Of a stretch of DNA of 62,936 bases, positions 1 to 11,130 are shown one piece after another; positions within the stretch are counted from its first letter, which is position 1, and each line of letters begins with the position of its first letter. The notes under the pieces are model-generated. The model was not told the DNA's origin. It saw only the letters and a list, made by a program, of their open reading frames with translations, and searched no databases. The stretch is from an uncultured Deinococcales bacterium. GTDB lineage: Bacteria > Deinococcota > Deinococci > Deinococcales > JAAFIG01. Position numbers and translations under genes: made by a program. The DNA lies in assembly GCA_964247135.1 (NCBI GenBank), contig CAXTTL010000006.1, positions 1 to 62,936 on the forward strand, read 5' to 3'.

Positions 1-681
1 AATCGGGGCGGTCGCCGCGTAAATAAGTGCGGGGTCGCCGCCGAGCACCACCGCAACCTCGAGCATTTTGTTCAGTTTCTTGGCTTTCTCGAGATGTCGC
101 GTTCCGGTTTTGTGGCGTTGCCAGTGCATTCCGGTGGTGTTCTTGCTAAAGATTTGCATTCGGTACATGCCCATGTTGAACTCGCCGGTTTCGGGATCGT
201 TGGTGATGACCAGCGGCAGCGTGACGAAAGGTCCACCGTCTTGAATCCAGCATTTGAGTACAGGGATTTTGGTTAAATCAACTTCATCGCCGCGCCAAAT
301 AATTTCTTGGACGGGCGCGGTTTTGACGCGCTTGGGGGGAAGGTTGCGCAGTTCCTTGAGTTTTGGCAAGTTCGAGAGCAAACCTAGAATTCCGCCGCCC
401 AATTTGATGTCCAGCAACTTCCGAATGCGGTTAGCGGGTTGCTCGAGGTCATCGACGCCCAGCGCCCAAGCCATGCGCTCTCGAGTTCCCATTAAACCGA
501 TCACCAGCGGAAAATCCTTGCCGATCACGTTTTCAAACAGCACGGCGGGACCACCGACTTTCACCAAACGATCTGCAATTTCGGTGATCTCGAGGTCGTG
601 GCTGACGGGTTCGGTCACGCGCACCAGTTGCCCTCGGGCTTCGAGCAGGCGAATAAAGGATTGCAAATCATGAAAAGCCAT
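1..681 (-). CDS. ubiD: UbiD-family (menaquinone biosynthesis) decarboxylase, 3' end outside window
   Basis: Manual translation from ATG 681: MAFHDLQSFIRLLEARGQLVRVTEPVSHDLEITEIADRLVKVGGPAVLFENV, a typical UbiD N-terminus; TAGACT -10 six nt upstream (leaderless); absent from the ORF track because it runs off the edge. Confidence 0.9.
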   Translation of the reverse strand, partial: MAFHDLQSFIRLLEARGQLVRVTEPVSHDLEITEIADRLVKVGGPAVLFENVIGKDFPLVIGLMGTRERMAWALGVDDLEQPANRIRKLLDIKLGGGILGLLSNLPKLKELRNLPPKRVKTAPVQEIIWRGDEVDLTKIPVLKCWIQDGGPFVTLPLVITNDPETGEFNMGMYRMQIFSKNTTGMHWQRHKTGTRHLEKAKKLNKMLEVAVVLGGDPALIYAATAPI

Positions 682-891
682 GAACGCAGTCTAGGCTCGA
701 GCGGCGCGAGTGTAGTAGGGGCATTCAGTCCATTGTGTGGTGTCGTACACAGATTGAAATTGGTGTTACGAAAGTTTGAAATGTGGTTTTTGGGCAACTC
801 GAACCTCGAGTTCAACAGAACATGTTTGAGAATGAATCTTTGATTGTTCAATTTCCAATCTTCACAACATTTTTGGGTGCTACATTGACTT

Positions 892-2073
892 ATGAAACAC
901 AGCTTTACAATTGCGGCAACGCTCCTCACGGCATTGATGGCTTGCAACAGCGCGACCACCCAACCCATCATTGCGTACTCGAGTCCACTGGTCATCACCA
1001 AAGGCGGCACGTACTCGGGCAACTGGCAGAGCTTGGACGCCAGCGTTCCAGCCGTGGACGTGCAAACAACGGAACTGGTCAAAATCGTCAACAGCAACGT
1101 TCGCAGCCTCGGCACCGCCATCCGTGCGTTTAAACAAGACGGGCAACTCGAGATCGAGAACGTCAGGGGCGTGGCGGTTTACCCAGGCACGGCTCGAGCC
1201 ACCAAGGGCACTTTTGCCGATGTCGCGGCGTTTAAATCGGTGCGAATCGAGAACAACGAGATCACCGATTTTGCCACCGGCATTCGCTTGCTCAATTTTG
1301 GCGCGGATGTAACCAGAACGGGTCAAATCGCCAGCATTCGCTTCAACCGTTTTCACAACATGGACGGACGCATGAGCGACGGACAGGGTTCTTTTTTGCT
1401 CGAGCACAAAGCCAACGGTCAAGCGATTGGGTTAAACACGATTTTGGAAGCCAACGTCGAAATCGCCTGGAATGAGATCATCAATTTGCCATTTCAGAGC
1501 CAAACCGAGGATGTCATCAGCACTTACGAATCGGGTGGCACCCCAGCCACGCCAATCAAAATTCATGACAATTACGTGCAGGGCGATTACGCGGCTGACC
1601 CGACGGCAAAAGTTGATTTTAGCGGCGCGGGCATCAACCTCGGCGATGCGCCCTCAAAAAGTGCGGTGGTGGGGTACACCGACGCCTACGACAATCAGGT
1701 GGTCAGCTTCGAGAATGCGGGCATGGGCGTCTCGGCGGGGCATCACCAACGAATCTGGAACAACCGTGTGGTGTCCGCGCCGTACCTGCCCGACGGCAAA
1801 TTGCTGGGCAGTTCTTGGCGCACCCCTTACGGCTTTTGGAATTATTACAACAGTCCGTACTGGGCAAACAACCTGATGTACGACAACCTGTTTTCGGTCG
1901 GGTCGCGCGACCTGGGTCGGCAACCGATTTACGCCCCGAGTGGCACCCCCCAAAGCCTTTACAACAACACCGAATTGTTTGACCGTTTACCGATTAGTGC
2001 CGACGAACAAGCCGAATTTGCGCTCTGGCAAAACAAACTCAAAACCTCGAGCATCACTTTGGGCGTTCGCTGA
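892..2073 (+). CDS. Secreted lipoprotein with predicted right-handed beta-helix repeats, function unknown
   Basis: Lipobox LMAC; Asn-rich repeats (IENNEI, IAWNEI, IHDNYV, AYDNQV, IWNNRV). Confidence 0.7.
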   Translation: MKHSFTIAATLLTALMACNSATTQPIIAYSSPLVITKGGTYSGNWQSLDASVPAVDVQTTELVKIVNSNVRSLGTAIRAFKQDGQLEIENVRGVAVYPGTARATKGTFADVAAFKSVRIENNEITDFATGIRLLNFGADVTRTGQIASIRFNRFHNMDGRMSDGQGSFLLEHKANGQAIGLNTILEANVEIAWNEIINLPFQSQTEDVISTYESGGTPATPIKIHDNYVQGDYAADPTAKVDFSGAGINLGDAPSKSAVVGYTDAYDNQVVSFENAGMGVSAGHHQRIWNNRVVSAPYLPDGKLLGSSWRTPYGFWNYYNSPYWANNLMYDNLFSVGSRDLGRQPIYAPSGTPQSLYNNTELFDRLPISADEQAEFALWQNKLKTSSITLGVR

Positions 2074-2136
2074 TCGCAAACCAGTCCCTCAAGATTGATG
2101 TTTGAGGGCGCGTTGTCAGCAATAGGTTTGATGACC

Positions 2137-2721
2137 TCAAGCCAAACCAAGCGCCCGAGCGCGGCTGACCGCGCCCATGCGGTCTTGTACCTCGAGTTTC
2201 TGGTACAGCCGCTCGAGATGGTCTTTGATGGTTTCGGGGCTGACGCCCAACACTTTGGCAATTTCTTTGTTCTGCAAACCAGTCACCAGATGCTTTAAAA
2301 CCTCGAGTTCGCGGACGGTCAGTTTGGGCAGGTGCACCACCGGAAAATGCCTGAAATTGGGGTACTCGAGCATTTTGTTGATCAGCCGCGCCAATTCGCT
2401 GGCTTCGGTTTCTTTGCTGACAAAACCCGCCGCGCCTGCCGCTCGAGCCGCCTCGACCAGGGCGGGTTCGGAGAAGGTGGTCAGCATGATGATGCGCAAA
2501 CTTGGAATTTGAGCGGAAATTTGCTTGCAGGCTTCCAAACCGTCCAGGCGCGGCATTTTGACATCCAAGAGCGCCGCCTCGGGACGCATCGACAGGCATT
2601 TTTCGACGGCGTCCTGACCATCAAAAGCCTCGGCAATCACATCAAAACCAAGGTTTTTGAGGGTGTAACTCAAGCCCACCCGAAACAAAGGATGGTCGTC
2701 GGCAATCAAAATCCTTGGCAT
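2137..2721 (-). CDS. NarL/FixJ-family response regulator (REC + LuxR HTH)
   Basis: ILIADDHPLFR, LLDVKMP, LTVRELEVL...GLQNKEIA; ATG 2721 overlaps the kinase stop (TGATG). Confidence 0.92.
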   Translation of the reverse strand: MPRILIADDHPLFRVGLSYTLKNLGFDVIAEAFDGQDAVEKCLSMRPEAALLDVKMPRLDGLEACKQISAQIPSLRIIMLTTFSEPALVEAARAAGAAGFVSKETEASELARLINKMLEYPNFRHFPVVHLPKLTVRELEVLKHLVTGLQNKEIAKVLGVSPETIKDHLERLYQKLEVQDRMGAVSRARALGLA

Positions 2722-3782
2722 CAAACCGCCGCCTGCAACGAAATTCGCAGCTTCGTGCCATTCCAACTGGGTAGACTCTCGAGCCGACCGCCGTGCGAGG
2801 CGGCAATGCGCTGCGCGATGAACAGCCCCAAGCCTCCAGTGCCAGAGGTGTACTGCTGCCCCGCCAGTTCGACGTGCTGGGTGTTGAACGGCATTGCAAG
2901 TTCCTCGAGGCTGGTCGGCAAGCCCACGCCATCGTCAACCACGGTCAGGCTTGCGCCGTCCACCAGCAGATTGACTTTATGGGTGGCGTAGCGAATCGCA
3001 TTTTCCAGAAGATTGGAGACCGCCCGCTCGAGTTCGGGTTTGCTCACCAGAGCAGCACCCGCGCCCGTCGCCTCGAGTTTGAGGTCACGTTCATTGGCTC
3101 GGGCGGCAAAACGCGCCACCAAACCGTCGGCGAGTATTTTTAAATCCGTAGGCTCGAGGTTTAACTGCACGTCCTCGCGTTCAAAACGGTGCGCGTCCAC
3201 CATTTTTTGCACCAACGCCAGCAACGCCTCGTTCTCGGCTCGCAGGCTCGAAACCAACTGCACGCGTTCGACCCTGCTGAGGTTGTCGTTGGACCGAATC
3301 ACCTCGAGCACGTGATTGCCCGCAATGATCGGGGTTTTCAAATCATGCACCAGCGTCGCCATGAACGCGCCGCGTTTGCCCTGCTCGAGCCGCAACGCAT
3401 CGAGCAAACTGCTGAACGCCGCCCGAAGCGTGCGCACCTCCGGCGGTTGATTTTCGATACGCTCGAGCTGAATTTCGTTGAGGCGTTGCTTGCTCTGCGC
3501 CAACTGCACGACCTCATCGCGCAAGTCATTGATGGGTTTGAGGAGCAACCTGGCAATGATAAAACTGGTTAAAGACCACAGCAGCGCCACCAAGATCAAC
3601 CAGGCGACCACCGCCGCGTCCACAACCTTGCCGACGCTGGGCAGGTAAAACAATGCCATCAACAAGGTGGGCGCCAGCGCCAGCGCCGTGACCACCACTG
3701 CCAAGGTAAAGGTCAAGCTCGGCACGACCGGACCTCGAGCTGGCAGTTTTAAACGCAATTTTTCTGGTTCGGTCTGAGACAC
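2721..3782 (-). CDS. Membrane sensor histidine kinase (2 TM, HAMP, HisKA, HATPase)
   Basis: H-box LVHDLKTP, N-box NLLENAIRY, DDGVG, GLGL; leaderless GTG after TAGACT. Confidence 0.92.
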   Translation of the reverse strand: MSQTEPEKLRLKLPARGPVVPSLTFTLAVVVTALALAPTLLMALFYLPSVGKVVDAAVVAWLILVALLWSLTSFIIARLLLKPINDLRDEVVQLAQSKQRLNEIQLERIENQPPEVRTLRAAFSSLLDALRLEQGKRGAFMATLVHDLKTPIIAGNHVLEVIRSNDNLSRVERVQLVSSLRAENEALLALVQKMVDAHRFEREDVQLNLEPTDLKILADGLVARFAARANERDLKLEATGAGAALVSKPELERAVSNLLENAIRYATHKVNLLVDGASLTVVDDGVGLPTSLEELAMPFNTQHVELAGQQYTSGTGGLGLFIAQRIAASHGGRLESLPSWNGTKLRISLQAAV

Positions 3783-3839
3783 GCCCTACAGTCTACGCGA
3801 GTCGGACCTCGAGCGTCCTCCCATCTTGGGGGATGGGCT

Positions 3840-4481
3840 TTACCCGAGGTACTTCTCCCAGATTGGATCGAGCTTCGGCGCTTGCCCGTAGGCGCTCGAG
3901 AAGACAAATTTTGGCGCATACGGTTCGCGGCTCAATTTCATTTTGGCTTCAAACGGCGTGCGGTCACGTTTTTTGGAGTTGCATTCACGGCAGGCGGTGA
4001 CGATGTTTTCCCAAGAGTTCTTGCCGCCCCTCGAGCGCGGCACCACGTGGTCGAGCGTCAGGTCGCCGCCGACCTTGCCACAGAACTGGCAGGTGTGGTT
4101 GTCGCGCCTGAAGACATTGCGGCGGTTAAACGCAATGTGGTAACGCGGTGGACGCTTGACGTAACGCCGCAAGCGAATCACGCTCGGCACGCTGATGCTG
4201 GTGCTCGGCGAATGCAAAAATTGCGAGCCATCCTCGACCCGTTCGGCAATTTCGTGCATCAACAGCGTGATCGCACGCTTGATCGAGCAGACATGCAACG
4301 GCTCAAAGCTGGCGTTCAAAACCAGCACCATTGGCGCATTCAGGTTCAAACCCTTGCTTGGCGGGCTGACGCCCTCGAACGCATCATCGTGCGGGTCATA
4401 CGGCAAACCGTGAGCGCCAACCTCGAGAAGGTGCGGAGTCTCGAGTTGCCTTGGTTGGTTTTGGCTCTTGGTGCGTGGCAT
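3840..4481 (-). CDS. HNH endonuclease (McrA-like)
   Basis: VLVLNASFEPL, RDNHTCQFCG, TLDHVVPRSRGG, ACRECNSKK. Confidence 0.9.
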   Translation of the reverse strand: MPRTKSQNQPRQLETPHLLEVGAHGLPYDPHDDAFEGVSPPSKGLNLNAPMVLVLNASFEPLHVCSIKRAITLLMHEIAERVEDGSQFLHSPSTSISVPSVIRLRRYVKRPPRYHIAFNRRNVFRRDNHTCQFCGKVGGDLTLDHVVPRSRGGKNSWENIVTACRECNSKKRDRTPFEAKMKLSREPYAPKFVFSSAYGQAPKLDPIWEKYLG

Positions 4482-4610
4482 AGAACAGTTTATACCCGTT
4501 TTGGGTTTTGATTCCGTCAGCTTGGTTGCTTATTGATTCATTTTTTGAATACGCCAAATACGCAAAAACGGCAAGCCAAAAGCTTGCCGTTTCCACTCGA
4601 GATGTAACGT

Positions 4611-6035
4611 TTAGAACTTGGACCAGAGCAATTGGTTGGTGACTTCGTGATGGTATTGAATCTCTGGGATTTTGATGATCGCACCGAGCGACTTGGCGCA
4701 ACGGTCGGCTTGCATCAATTTCAGTTCGGCAAACTTGGCTTGCACCTCTGGACTGAGCAAACCACCGATGTACTTGCTCTTCTCGAAGCTCGAGATCGCA
4801 TCGTAAATGTTGCTTGGCAGGTAACGGCTCTTGCTGGTGGCTTTGCGCTCGTCGAGCGGACCATTCAAGCCCGCGTTGAACAAGCTGAAAAACGTCAAGT
4901 ACGGGTTGGCGTCCGGCGCAACGGAGCGCACCTCGACGCGGGCACTCTTCTCGTTACCGATAGGCACACGCACCATGCTGCCACGGTCCACCGCGCTGGC
5001 TTTGATCTGGTTTGGCGCCTCAAAGTGCGGGTCGAGACGGCGGTAGCTGTTGACGCTCGAATTGAGGATCAGGCAAACGTCCAGCGCATTGGTCAAAATG
5101 CGGTTGATAAAATCCCAACCAAAATCCGAAAGCCCTTCGCGCCCTTTGGCGTCGTACATCAGATTCTTGCCCTTCTTGGACAAGCTCATGTTGGTGTGCA
5201 TACCGCTGCCGTTGACGCCCGTGACTGGCTTGGGCAGGAAGCTGGCGCTCATGCCCATTTTCGCGGCAACTTGACGCGAGAGCAACTTGTACAATTGCAC
5301 CTGGTCGGCGGCGACGGTGGCTTCGGCATACGAGAAGTTCATCTCGAATTGGCTGGGCGCAACCTCTGGGTGATCCTTTTCGTTTTGGAAACCCATCGCG
5401 CGTTGCACTTCGGCAGCCGCATCGATGAACAAGCGCAACTCGTCACCTGGCAGGCTCGAGTAATAACCACCCTCGGAGGCGTACTCGAACGAACCGGTTT
5501 CATTGTAATGACGTTCGGCATCACGACCCTTGAACAAAAAGCCTTCAATTTCGGTGGCGACGTTGGCAACCGTACCGTCTTTTTTGAACAACCCATCGGT
5601 GAAATCTTTCAAACGACCGCGCATGTCGGCGGCAAACGCACCGCCGTCCTTCTCGCGGACTTCACCAAACACCAAGACTTTGCCCGAACCAAAGACGTCC
5701 GAAGGCAACCAGTAAAAGGCGGGCCAGTCAATCGCCAGACGCAAATCAGATTCGGATTGCGCGGTAAAACCACGGATGCTCGAGCCGTCAAACGTCAAGT
5801 TATCGGCGCTTTTGATCAAGAATTTCTTGTCGTAATCGAGCATGTGCAAACGACCCTCGAGGTCGGAAAAGCACACCGTGACGGCTTTGATGCCTTTTTC
5901 GTCGGTCAAGTACTTGAGGCGTTCCTCTTGAATCTTGCCCGCATCTTTGCGGTCAAGACGTTCGGCTTTGGCTTGGAGGTTTAACTCCTCGAGTTTGTCA
6001 TAGGGAAGTTCGAGGAAATTACGCAATTCGCTCAT
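4611..6035 (-). CDS. glnA: Glutamine synthetase (type I-like)
   Basis: FDGSSIRGF, HPEVAPSQFE, PKPVTGVNGSGMHTN, EVRSVAPDANPY; AAGGAG SD before ATG 6035. Confidence 0.93.
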   Translation of the reverse strand: MSELRNFLELPYDKLEELNLQAKAERLDRKDAGKIQEERLKYLTDEKGIKAVTVCFSDLEGRLHMLDYDKKFLIKSADNLTFDGSSIRGFTAQSESDLRLAIDWPAFYWLPSDVFGSGKVLVFGEVREKDGGAFAADMRGRLKDFTDGLFKKDGTVANVATEIEGFLFKGRDAERHYNETGSFEYASEGGYYSSLPGDELRLFIDAAAEVQRAMGFQNEKDHPEVAPSQFEMNFSYAEATVAADQVQLYKLLSRQVAAKMGMSASFLPKPVTGVNGSGMHTNMSLSKKGKNLMYDAKGREGLSDFGWDFINRILTNALDVCLILNSSVNSYRRLDPHFEAPNQIKASAVDRGSMVRVPIGNEKSARVEVRSVAPDANPYLTFFSLFNAGLNGPLDERKATSKSRYLPSNIYDAISSFEKSKYIGGLLSPEVQAKFAELKLMQADRCAKSLGAIIKIPEIQYHHEVTNQLLWSKF

Positions 6036-6198
6036 TTGGGTCTCCTTAAAGCATTTTTGCCCGAAAAGCATTCGGATGAGCTAAAACGTATCACATTTTT
6101 AGAAAAAATAGCAACTTGTACCAAAATTATTGTGCAAATGTCACCAAAGCAGTGAACACTTTGATAATTCTCAAATTCGAGGGTTGATAAAAAAATAT

Positions 6199-6224
6199 GG
6201 CTCGAGATGGATTCACCTCGAGCC
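6199..6224 (-). terminator. Putative intrinsic terminator downstream of sufE, stem made of two CTCGAG copies
   Basis: GGCTCGAG-N10-CTCGAGCC followed on the minus strand by ATATTTTTTT. Confidence 0.55.
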
Positions 6225-6244
6225 AGACAACAAATATAAAAATT

Positions 6245-6297
6245 GTAGGGTGCGCCGTGCGCACCGATAACACGTAACCGACGGTGCGCACGGCTAC
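6245..6297. repeat. GTAG-type REP doublet (REPIN-like)
   Basis: GTAGGGTGCGCCGTGCGCACC, a 17-nt spacer, then an inverted partly deleted copy GGTGCGCACGGCTAC. Confidence 0.65.
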
Positions 6298-6325
6298 CAA
6301 ACTCGAACCACCCTCAATTGAAAAT

Positions 6326-6763
6326 TTAAGCAGCAGGTTTCTCGAGCGCCTGAACCGCTTCCTTGATGCGCCGCAAGGTGTAATACGCCGTGTTGGAACG
6401 TTGCCGCATTAAAGCCTCGCCCACAACTCGAGGAATGATGTCTTGTTGCACGCCCAAAATATGCTCCACGGTTTCGCCCGTTAGATTTTCGACAAACAAG
6501 GTCGTCAAGGCTCGAGTCAGGGTTGTGACCTCATGCCCAACCGTTGCCGCGAGTTTCACGCCGTTGCCATCGCGTTTGACGAACAAACCCACCACGTCCA
6601 AACACTCGTGGTCTTTGCGGACATCTTCGACATCCCAGACCTCATCTTCTTTGGGTGCGAACTTGGGAAGGCTGTCCGCCAAGGAGATCAGCCCTTGAAT
6701 CTTGGTTTCTTTGGGCAGGTGCTCGAATAATTTTACGGTGTTCTCGAGGGTTTCTAAACTCAT
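6326..6763 (-). CDS. sufE: SufE-family sulfur transfer protein
   Basis: MSLETLE... with conserved Cys (HECLDVVGLF) and LMRQR; leaderless ATG after TACACT. Confidence 0.75.
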   Translation of the reverse strand: MSLETLENTVKLFEHLPKETKIQGLISLADSLPKFAPKEDEVWDVEDVRKDHECLDVVGLFVKRDGNGVKLAATVGHEVTTLTRALTTLFVENLTGETVEHILGVQQDIIPRVVGEALMRQRSNTAYYTLRRIKEAVQALEKPAA

Positions 6764-6809
6764 GGTTGCAGTGTAACTCGAGAAACGGGTTGTGCGTGTT
6801 GTATTCAGT

Positions 6810-7313
6810 TCATTTTTGAAGGGTGATGGTGCATGTGCCTGTCGTTGATGTATCTTTTTTGAGGACATAAACGCTGAGTTCACGATTGCTCATCGCGTAC
6901 CTTCCTTGAAATTGATCAAAGTTGGTTTGCTCAGGTGCTATCCACGCAAAGCACAGGCGTTCGATTCTTTCTTTGGTTGTGGGATTGGTACGAATCCAAC
7001 CGGCATTCATGAATTCTGGGTCGGCATCTACAGGGTCGTAATAAATACCCACCTGCGATTGAAACCCGTTCACAAGTTGGATGCCAGACTGATCTTCATA
7101 ACCCAAACCGCCTTTTTCATCAAATCCAGGTTGTTTGGCAAGTGTCATGGAGAATTGATCGGTTTGTCCTGAAACGGTCGTACCTCGAACTTGCCAAATC
7201 TGTCCAGGTCGTAAAATTTCACGCCCCCTTTGACCATTGCTCGTGGTTTGGTTTGGAGCGCACGCTAGAAGTCCTGTCGCCAAAAATCCTGCCGTCAGCA
7301 ATTGTTTTATCAT
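6810..7313 (-). CDS. Hypothetical lipoprotein
   Basis: Lipobox LLAC; no recognised domain. Confidence 0.7.
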   Translation of the reverse strand: MIKQLLTAGFLATGLLACAPNQTTSNGQRGREILRPGQIWQVRGTTVSGQTDQFSMTLAKQPGFDEKGGLGYEDQSGIQLVNGFQSQVGIYYDPVDADPEFMNAGWIRTNPTTKERIERLCFAWIAPEQTNFDQFQGRYAMSNRELSVYVLKKDTSTTGTCTITLQK

Positions 7314-7461
7314 TTCAAACGAATCCTATCATTCCCATAATCTTATTGCTTTAATCACAAAACTCGAGCCTCCCAAAACCCATGACGCTCGAGCTTCAAT
7401 CACCAAAACCATTCAAATGCTGTAACATCACTCCAACCTTACATCAAAGAATGGAGTTTAG

Positions 7462-8454
<993 letters not shown>

Positions 8455-8465
8455 AAACCCGAGCC

Positions 8466-9122
8466 TCAATCGCTGCGTGGTACAAAACCATTGATGTGGA
8501 TGGTGTCACCCTGACTTTGATCTTCGCGCCACTGTCCATCAAAACCCAGAAACACAAAACTGCAACTGCTGGCTTCTTTGGTGGTTTCGTTTTGGGCGTC
8601 TTCGATCAACCTCGAGATGTCGTTCACCAGTTGTTGATACCGTGCCTGTCCAAGATAAAAAGTTCGTGCCAAAAAATGTGCAGGGTGTTTCTCGAGCATC
8701 TGCTTACGTTCGGGTTTTGCGGGTGGTTGTGGGTGGTCTTCGGTGACAAAGCCACGCGTGTGAATATACGCGTCTTCACCATGTAACAACGCATCAGATT
8801 TTTGGTACGCCTCGAGAAACGCATTGGTAATCAAGCGCATGTCCTCGGGTTCTTTTTGCTCAAACGGTAGTAAATCCCTGGCATACGTGAATTGACGCGC
8901 CGCAAGTTGATAAAAGACTTTGCCGTTCGCGCGCTTGCGCTCGAGCAGCAATCCCAACTCGAGCGCTTTCTTGGCGTGGTGATGCACGAGGTTCGCTGCG
9001 AGTCCCAATCTTTTGGCAACATCGCTTGGACTGGTTGGCTCGAGGAAAAATTGCAGCACGGCGCTGGTACGGAGGGCTTGAGCGGCTTCGGGGTTGGTCA
9101 GATGTAAGGTTTCTTTTTGCAT
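8466..9122 (-). CDS. Winged-HTH (ArsR-like) transcriptional regulator
   Basis: PSDVAKRLGLAANLVHHHAKKALELGLL...VFYQ; start set at MQKET (9122). Confidence 0.7.
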   Translation of the reverse strand: MQKETLHLTNPEAAQALRTSAVLQFFLEPTSPSDVAKRLGLAANLVHHHAKKALELGLLLERKRANGKVFYQLAARQFTYARDLLPFEQKEPEDMRLITNAFLEAYQKSDALLHGEDAYIHTRGFVTEDHPQPPAKPERKQMLEKHPAHFLARTFYLGQARYQQLVNDISRLIEDAQNETTKEASSCSFVFLGFDGQWREDQSQGDTIHINGFVPRSD

Positions 9123-9219
9123 GGCTTGATTGTGCCTTGTTTGCGTTTCAGTGCGCCAGTGGGTTAACTGAAACGCGGTATTGGCAAAAGAAACTCGAGT
9201 CGTATAATCTGGGGGAAAG

Positions 9220-9696
9220 ATGCAAAAATCTGTCAAAGAACCACTTTATCGCAAGGTCAACACACGTGCTTTGAATGTGCGTCATCGGTTTGGTGGTGAT
9301 TATCGTCACGAGCGCAACACCAAATCTGCCTTGAACGATGATCGTTTACAAAAATCCATGCACGGTAAAGTTCAGCGCGGACTTGATTACACACCACTTT
9401 TTCGGTTTTTACTTTCAAAAGTAGGCTCGAGTTGGGATGAAGTTTATGGTGAAGCTGTATCACGATTGGATAAACCTGACCCGATTTTTTGGATGGTTGC
9501 ACTTGAGGCAGATCAGCGCAAAGATTATGTCTGCATTGGTGAATCAAGTTTATACAGTGGGTTGTATGTGGACGAAAATGGACAACTTCAAATCGTCAAT
9601 CCAAACATTGGTTCTTCAAGCCTAGCCCCAGGTTGCGCTTGCTGCACGCATACGTTTAACGGTTCGGTTTTTACCCAGCGCTTCAAGCAAACGTAA
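9220..9696 (+). CDS. Hypothetical protein
   Basis: 158-aa ORF, TATAAT upstream, C-terminal CxCCxH. Confidence 0.65.
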   Translation: MQKSVKEPLYRKVNTRALNVRHRFGGDYRHERNTKSALNDDRLQKSMHGKVQRGLDYTPLFRFLLSKVGSSWDEVYGEAVSRLDKPDPIFWMVALEADQRKDYVCIGESSLYSGLYVDENGQLQIVNPNIGSSSLAPGCACCTHTFNGSVFTQRFKQT

Positions 9697-9761
9697 AACA
9701 AACCAACCGTTGTAAATCCAAATCTTTTCTCGAGTCTTAAAAATGCTAATCTCGAGCCATC

Positions 9762-11111
9762 ATGGATTTAACACCTTTTATCGCCCAAGCCAAAACCGAT
9801 TTAGCCGCACTGGTCGCCATCGATACGGTCAGCGCTCAAGGGCGCAACCTCGAGACTGGGGCGGTGTTTGTCACGAAATTGCTCGAGGCTGAAGGGTTTG
9901 TGGTCAAGTCTTACCCTGGCAAAGTCGCGCCAATTTTGGTGGCTGAGGCGGGCGCGGGCGAACGCACAATGCTGATTTACAACCATTACGATGTCCAACC
10001 CGAATCGCCGCTCGAGTCGTGGCATTCGGAACCATTCACCCTGACCGAACGCGAGGATGCGACAGGAATTTTGCGTTGGTACGCTCGGGGCGTCAGTGAC
10101 GACAAGGGTGAGTTCATCTCGAGGTTGGCGGGATTGCGGGCGTTAAAAGCGCAGCACGACGGAAAATTGCCTTTGAAAATCAAATGGTTGCTCGAGGGTG
10201 AAGAAGAAATTGGCAGCCCAAGTTTGGAGCAATTCGTTCATGACCACGCCAGCGAATTGACTGCCGATGGTTGCTGGTGGGAATTTGGCAGCATAGACCC
10301 CGAAGGTCGCCCAGTCATTTACGCAGGATTGAAAGGCATTGTCTGCCTCGAGCTTCGCGCCAAAGTTGCCGACTCGGATTTGCACTCGAGTTTGGGTGCG
10401 GTGGTGGACAACCCGATTTACAAACTTTCAAAAGCGATTGCGTCAATGCGTGACGACACTGGACGCATCACGATTGACGGTTTTTACGATTCCGTGCGAC
10501 CTGCCTCGAGCACCGACCTGGAATACATTTCCAGAATTCCAGACGAGTCAAACGCCTTAAAAAAAGCCTACGGCATCAAAGGATTTCTCGAGAATGCCAG
10601 CGGTGCAAAATATTACGAACGCCTCAACCTCGAGCCAGTTTTGAACGTCAACGGTCTGCACGGCGGTTATGGCGAGGCAGGTTCCAAAACCGTGCTGCCC
10701 GCCGAAGCCTTTGCCAAACTCGATTTCAGGCTTGTGCCAGACCAAAACCCAGCCGAGATTGTCAAACTGATTCGCGCCCACCTGACGCAGCACAACCTTG
10801 GTGATGTTGAAGTGATTGAACTCGAGACACACGAAATGCCAGGACGCAGCAACCTCGATCATCCATTCATGAAAACCGCGATTGACACCGCCCGAAAAGT
10901 CTACGGGCATGAACCCGTCGTGCATCCCTCGAGCGGCGGCAGTGGACCGATGCACCCGTTCGTGGAATTTGTCGGTGTGCCTGTGGTGGCGGCAGGGATT
11001 GGGAACATTTCGGGATTTGTTCACGCGCCAAACGAAAATATTGTGGTCGCACATTTTGAAAAAGGTGTGGAATACGCGTTTCAGTTGTTCTCGAGCGTTG
11101 CCAAGATGTAA
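9762..11111 (+). CDS. M20/M25/M40 metallopeptidase/deacylase
   Basis: YNHYDVQP, ARGVSDDKG, EGEEEIGS, HAPNE. Confidence 0.93.
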   Translation: MDLTPFIAQAKTDLAALVAIDTVSAQGRNLETGAVFVTKLLEAEGFVVKSYPGKVAPILVAEAGAGERTMLIYNHYDVQPESPLESWHSEPFTLTEREDATGILRWYARGVSDDKGEFISRLAGLRALKAQHDGKLPLKIKWLLEGEEEIGSPSLEQFVHDHASELTADGCWWEFGSIDPEGRPVIYAGLKGIVCLELRAKVADSDLHSSLGAVVDNPIYKLSKAIASMRDDTGRITIDGFYDSVRPASSTDLEYISRIPDESNALKKAYGIKGFLENASGAKYYERLNLEPVLNVNGLHGGYGEAGSKTVLPAEAFAKLDFRLVPDQNPAEIVKLIRAHLTQHNLGDVEVIELETHEMPGRSNLDHPFMKTAIDTARKVYGHEPVVHPSSGGSGPMHPFVEFVGVPVVAAGIGNISGFVHAPNENIVVAHFEKGVEYAFQLFSSVAKM

Positions 11112-11130
11112 ATCTCGAGGGTCGGTGTAC

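Noticed and set aside
2137-2721. The in-window NarL-type regulator as the binder of the direct-repeat box
   Set aside because: An 11-bp-period direct repeat over -35 fits OmpR/PhoB better, and no box precedes this operon; not formally excluded
3840-4481. HNH nuclease as the enzyme behind the CTCGAG excess or as a defence system
   Set aside because: Common stand-alone HNH type with no adjacent methyltransferase or defence genes
4632-5984. 450-aa + strand ORF; similar cases at 7444..8274, 21159..22097, 33231..34349, 51730..52758 and 61703..62848
   Set aside because: Antisense shadows of well-supported genes, with no recognisable motifs
6115-6136. NtrC-like inverted repeat upstream of glnA (TTGTAC-N10-GTGCAA)
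   Set aside because: Imperfect, spacing differs from the NtrC consensus, single occurrence
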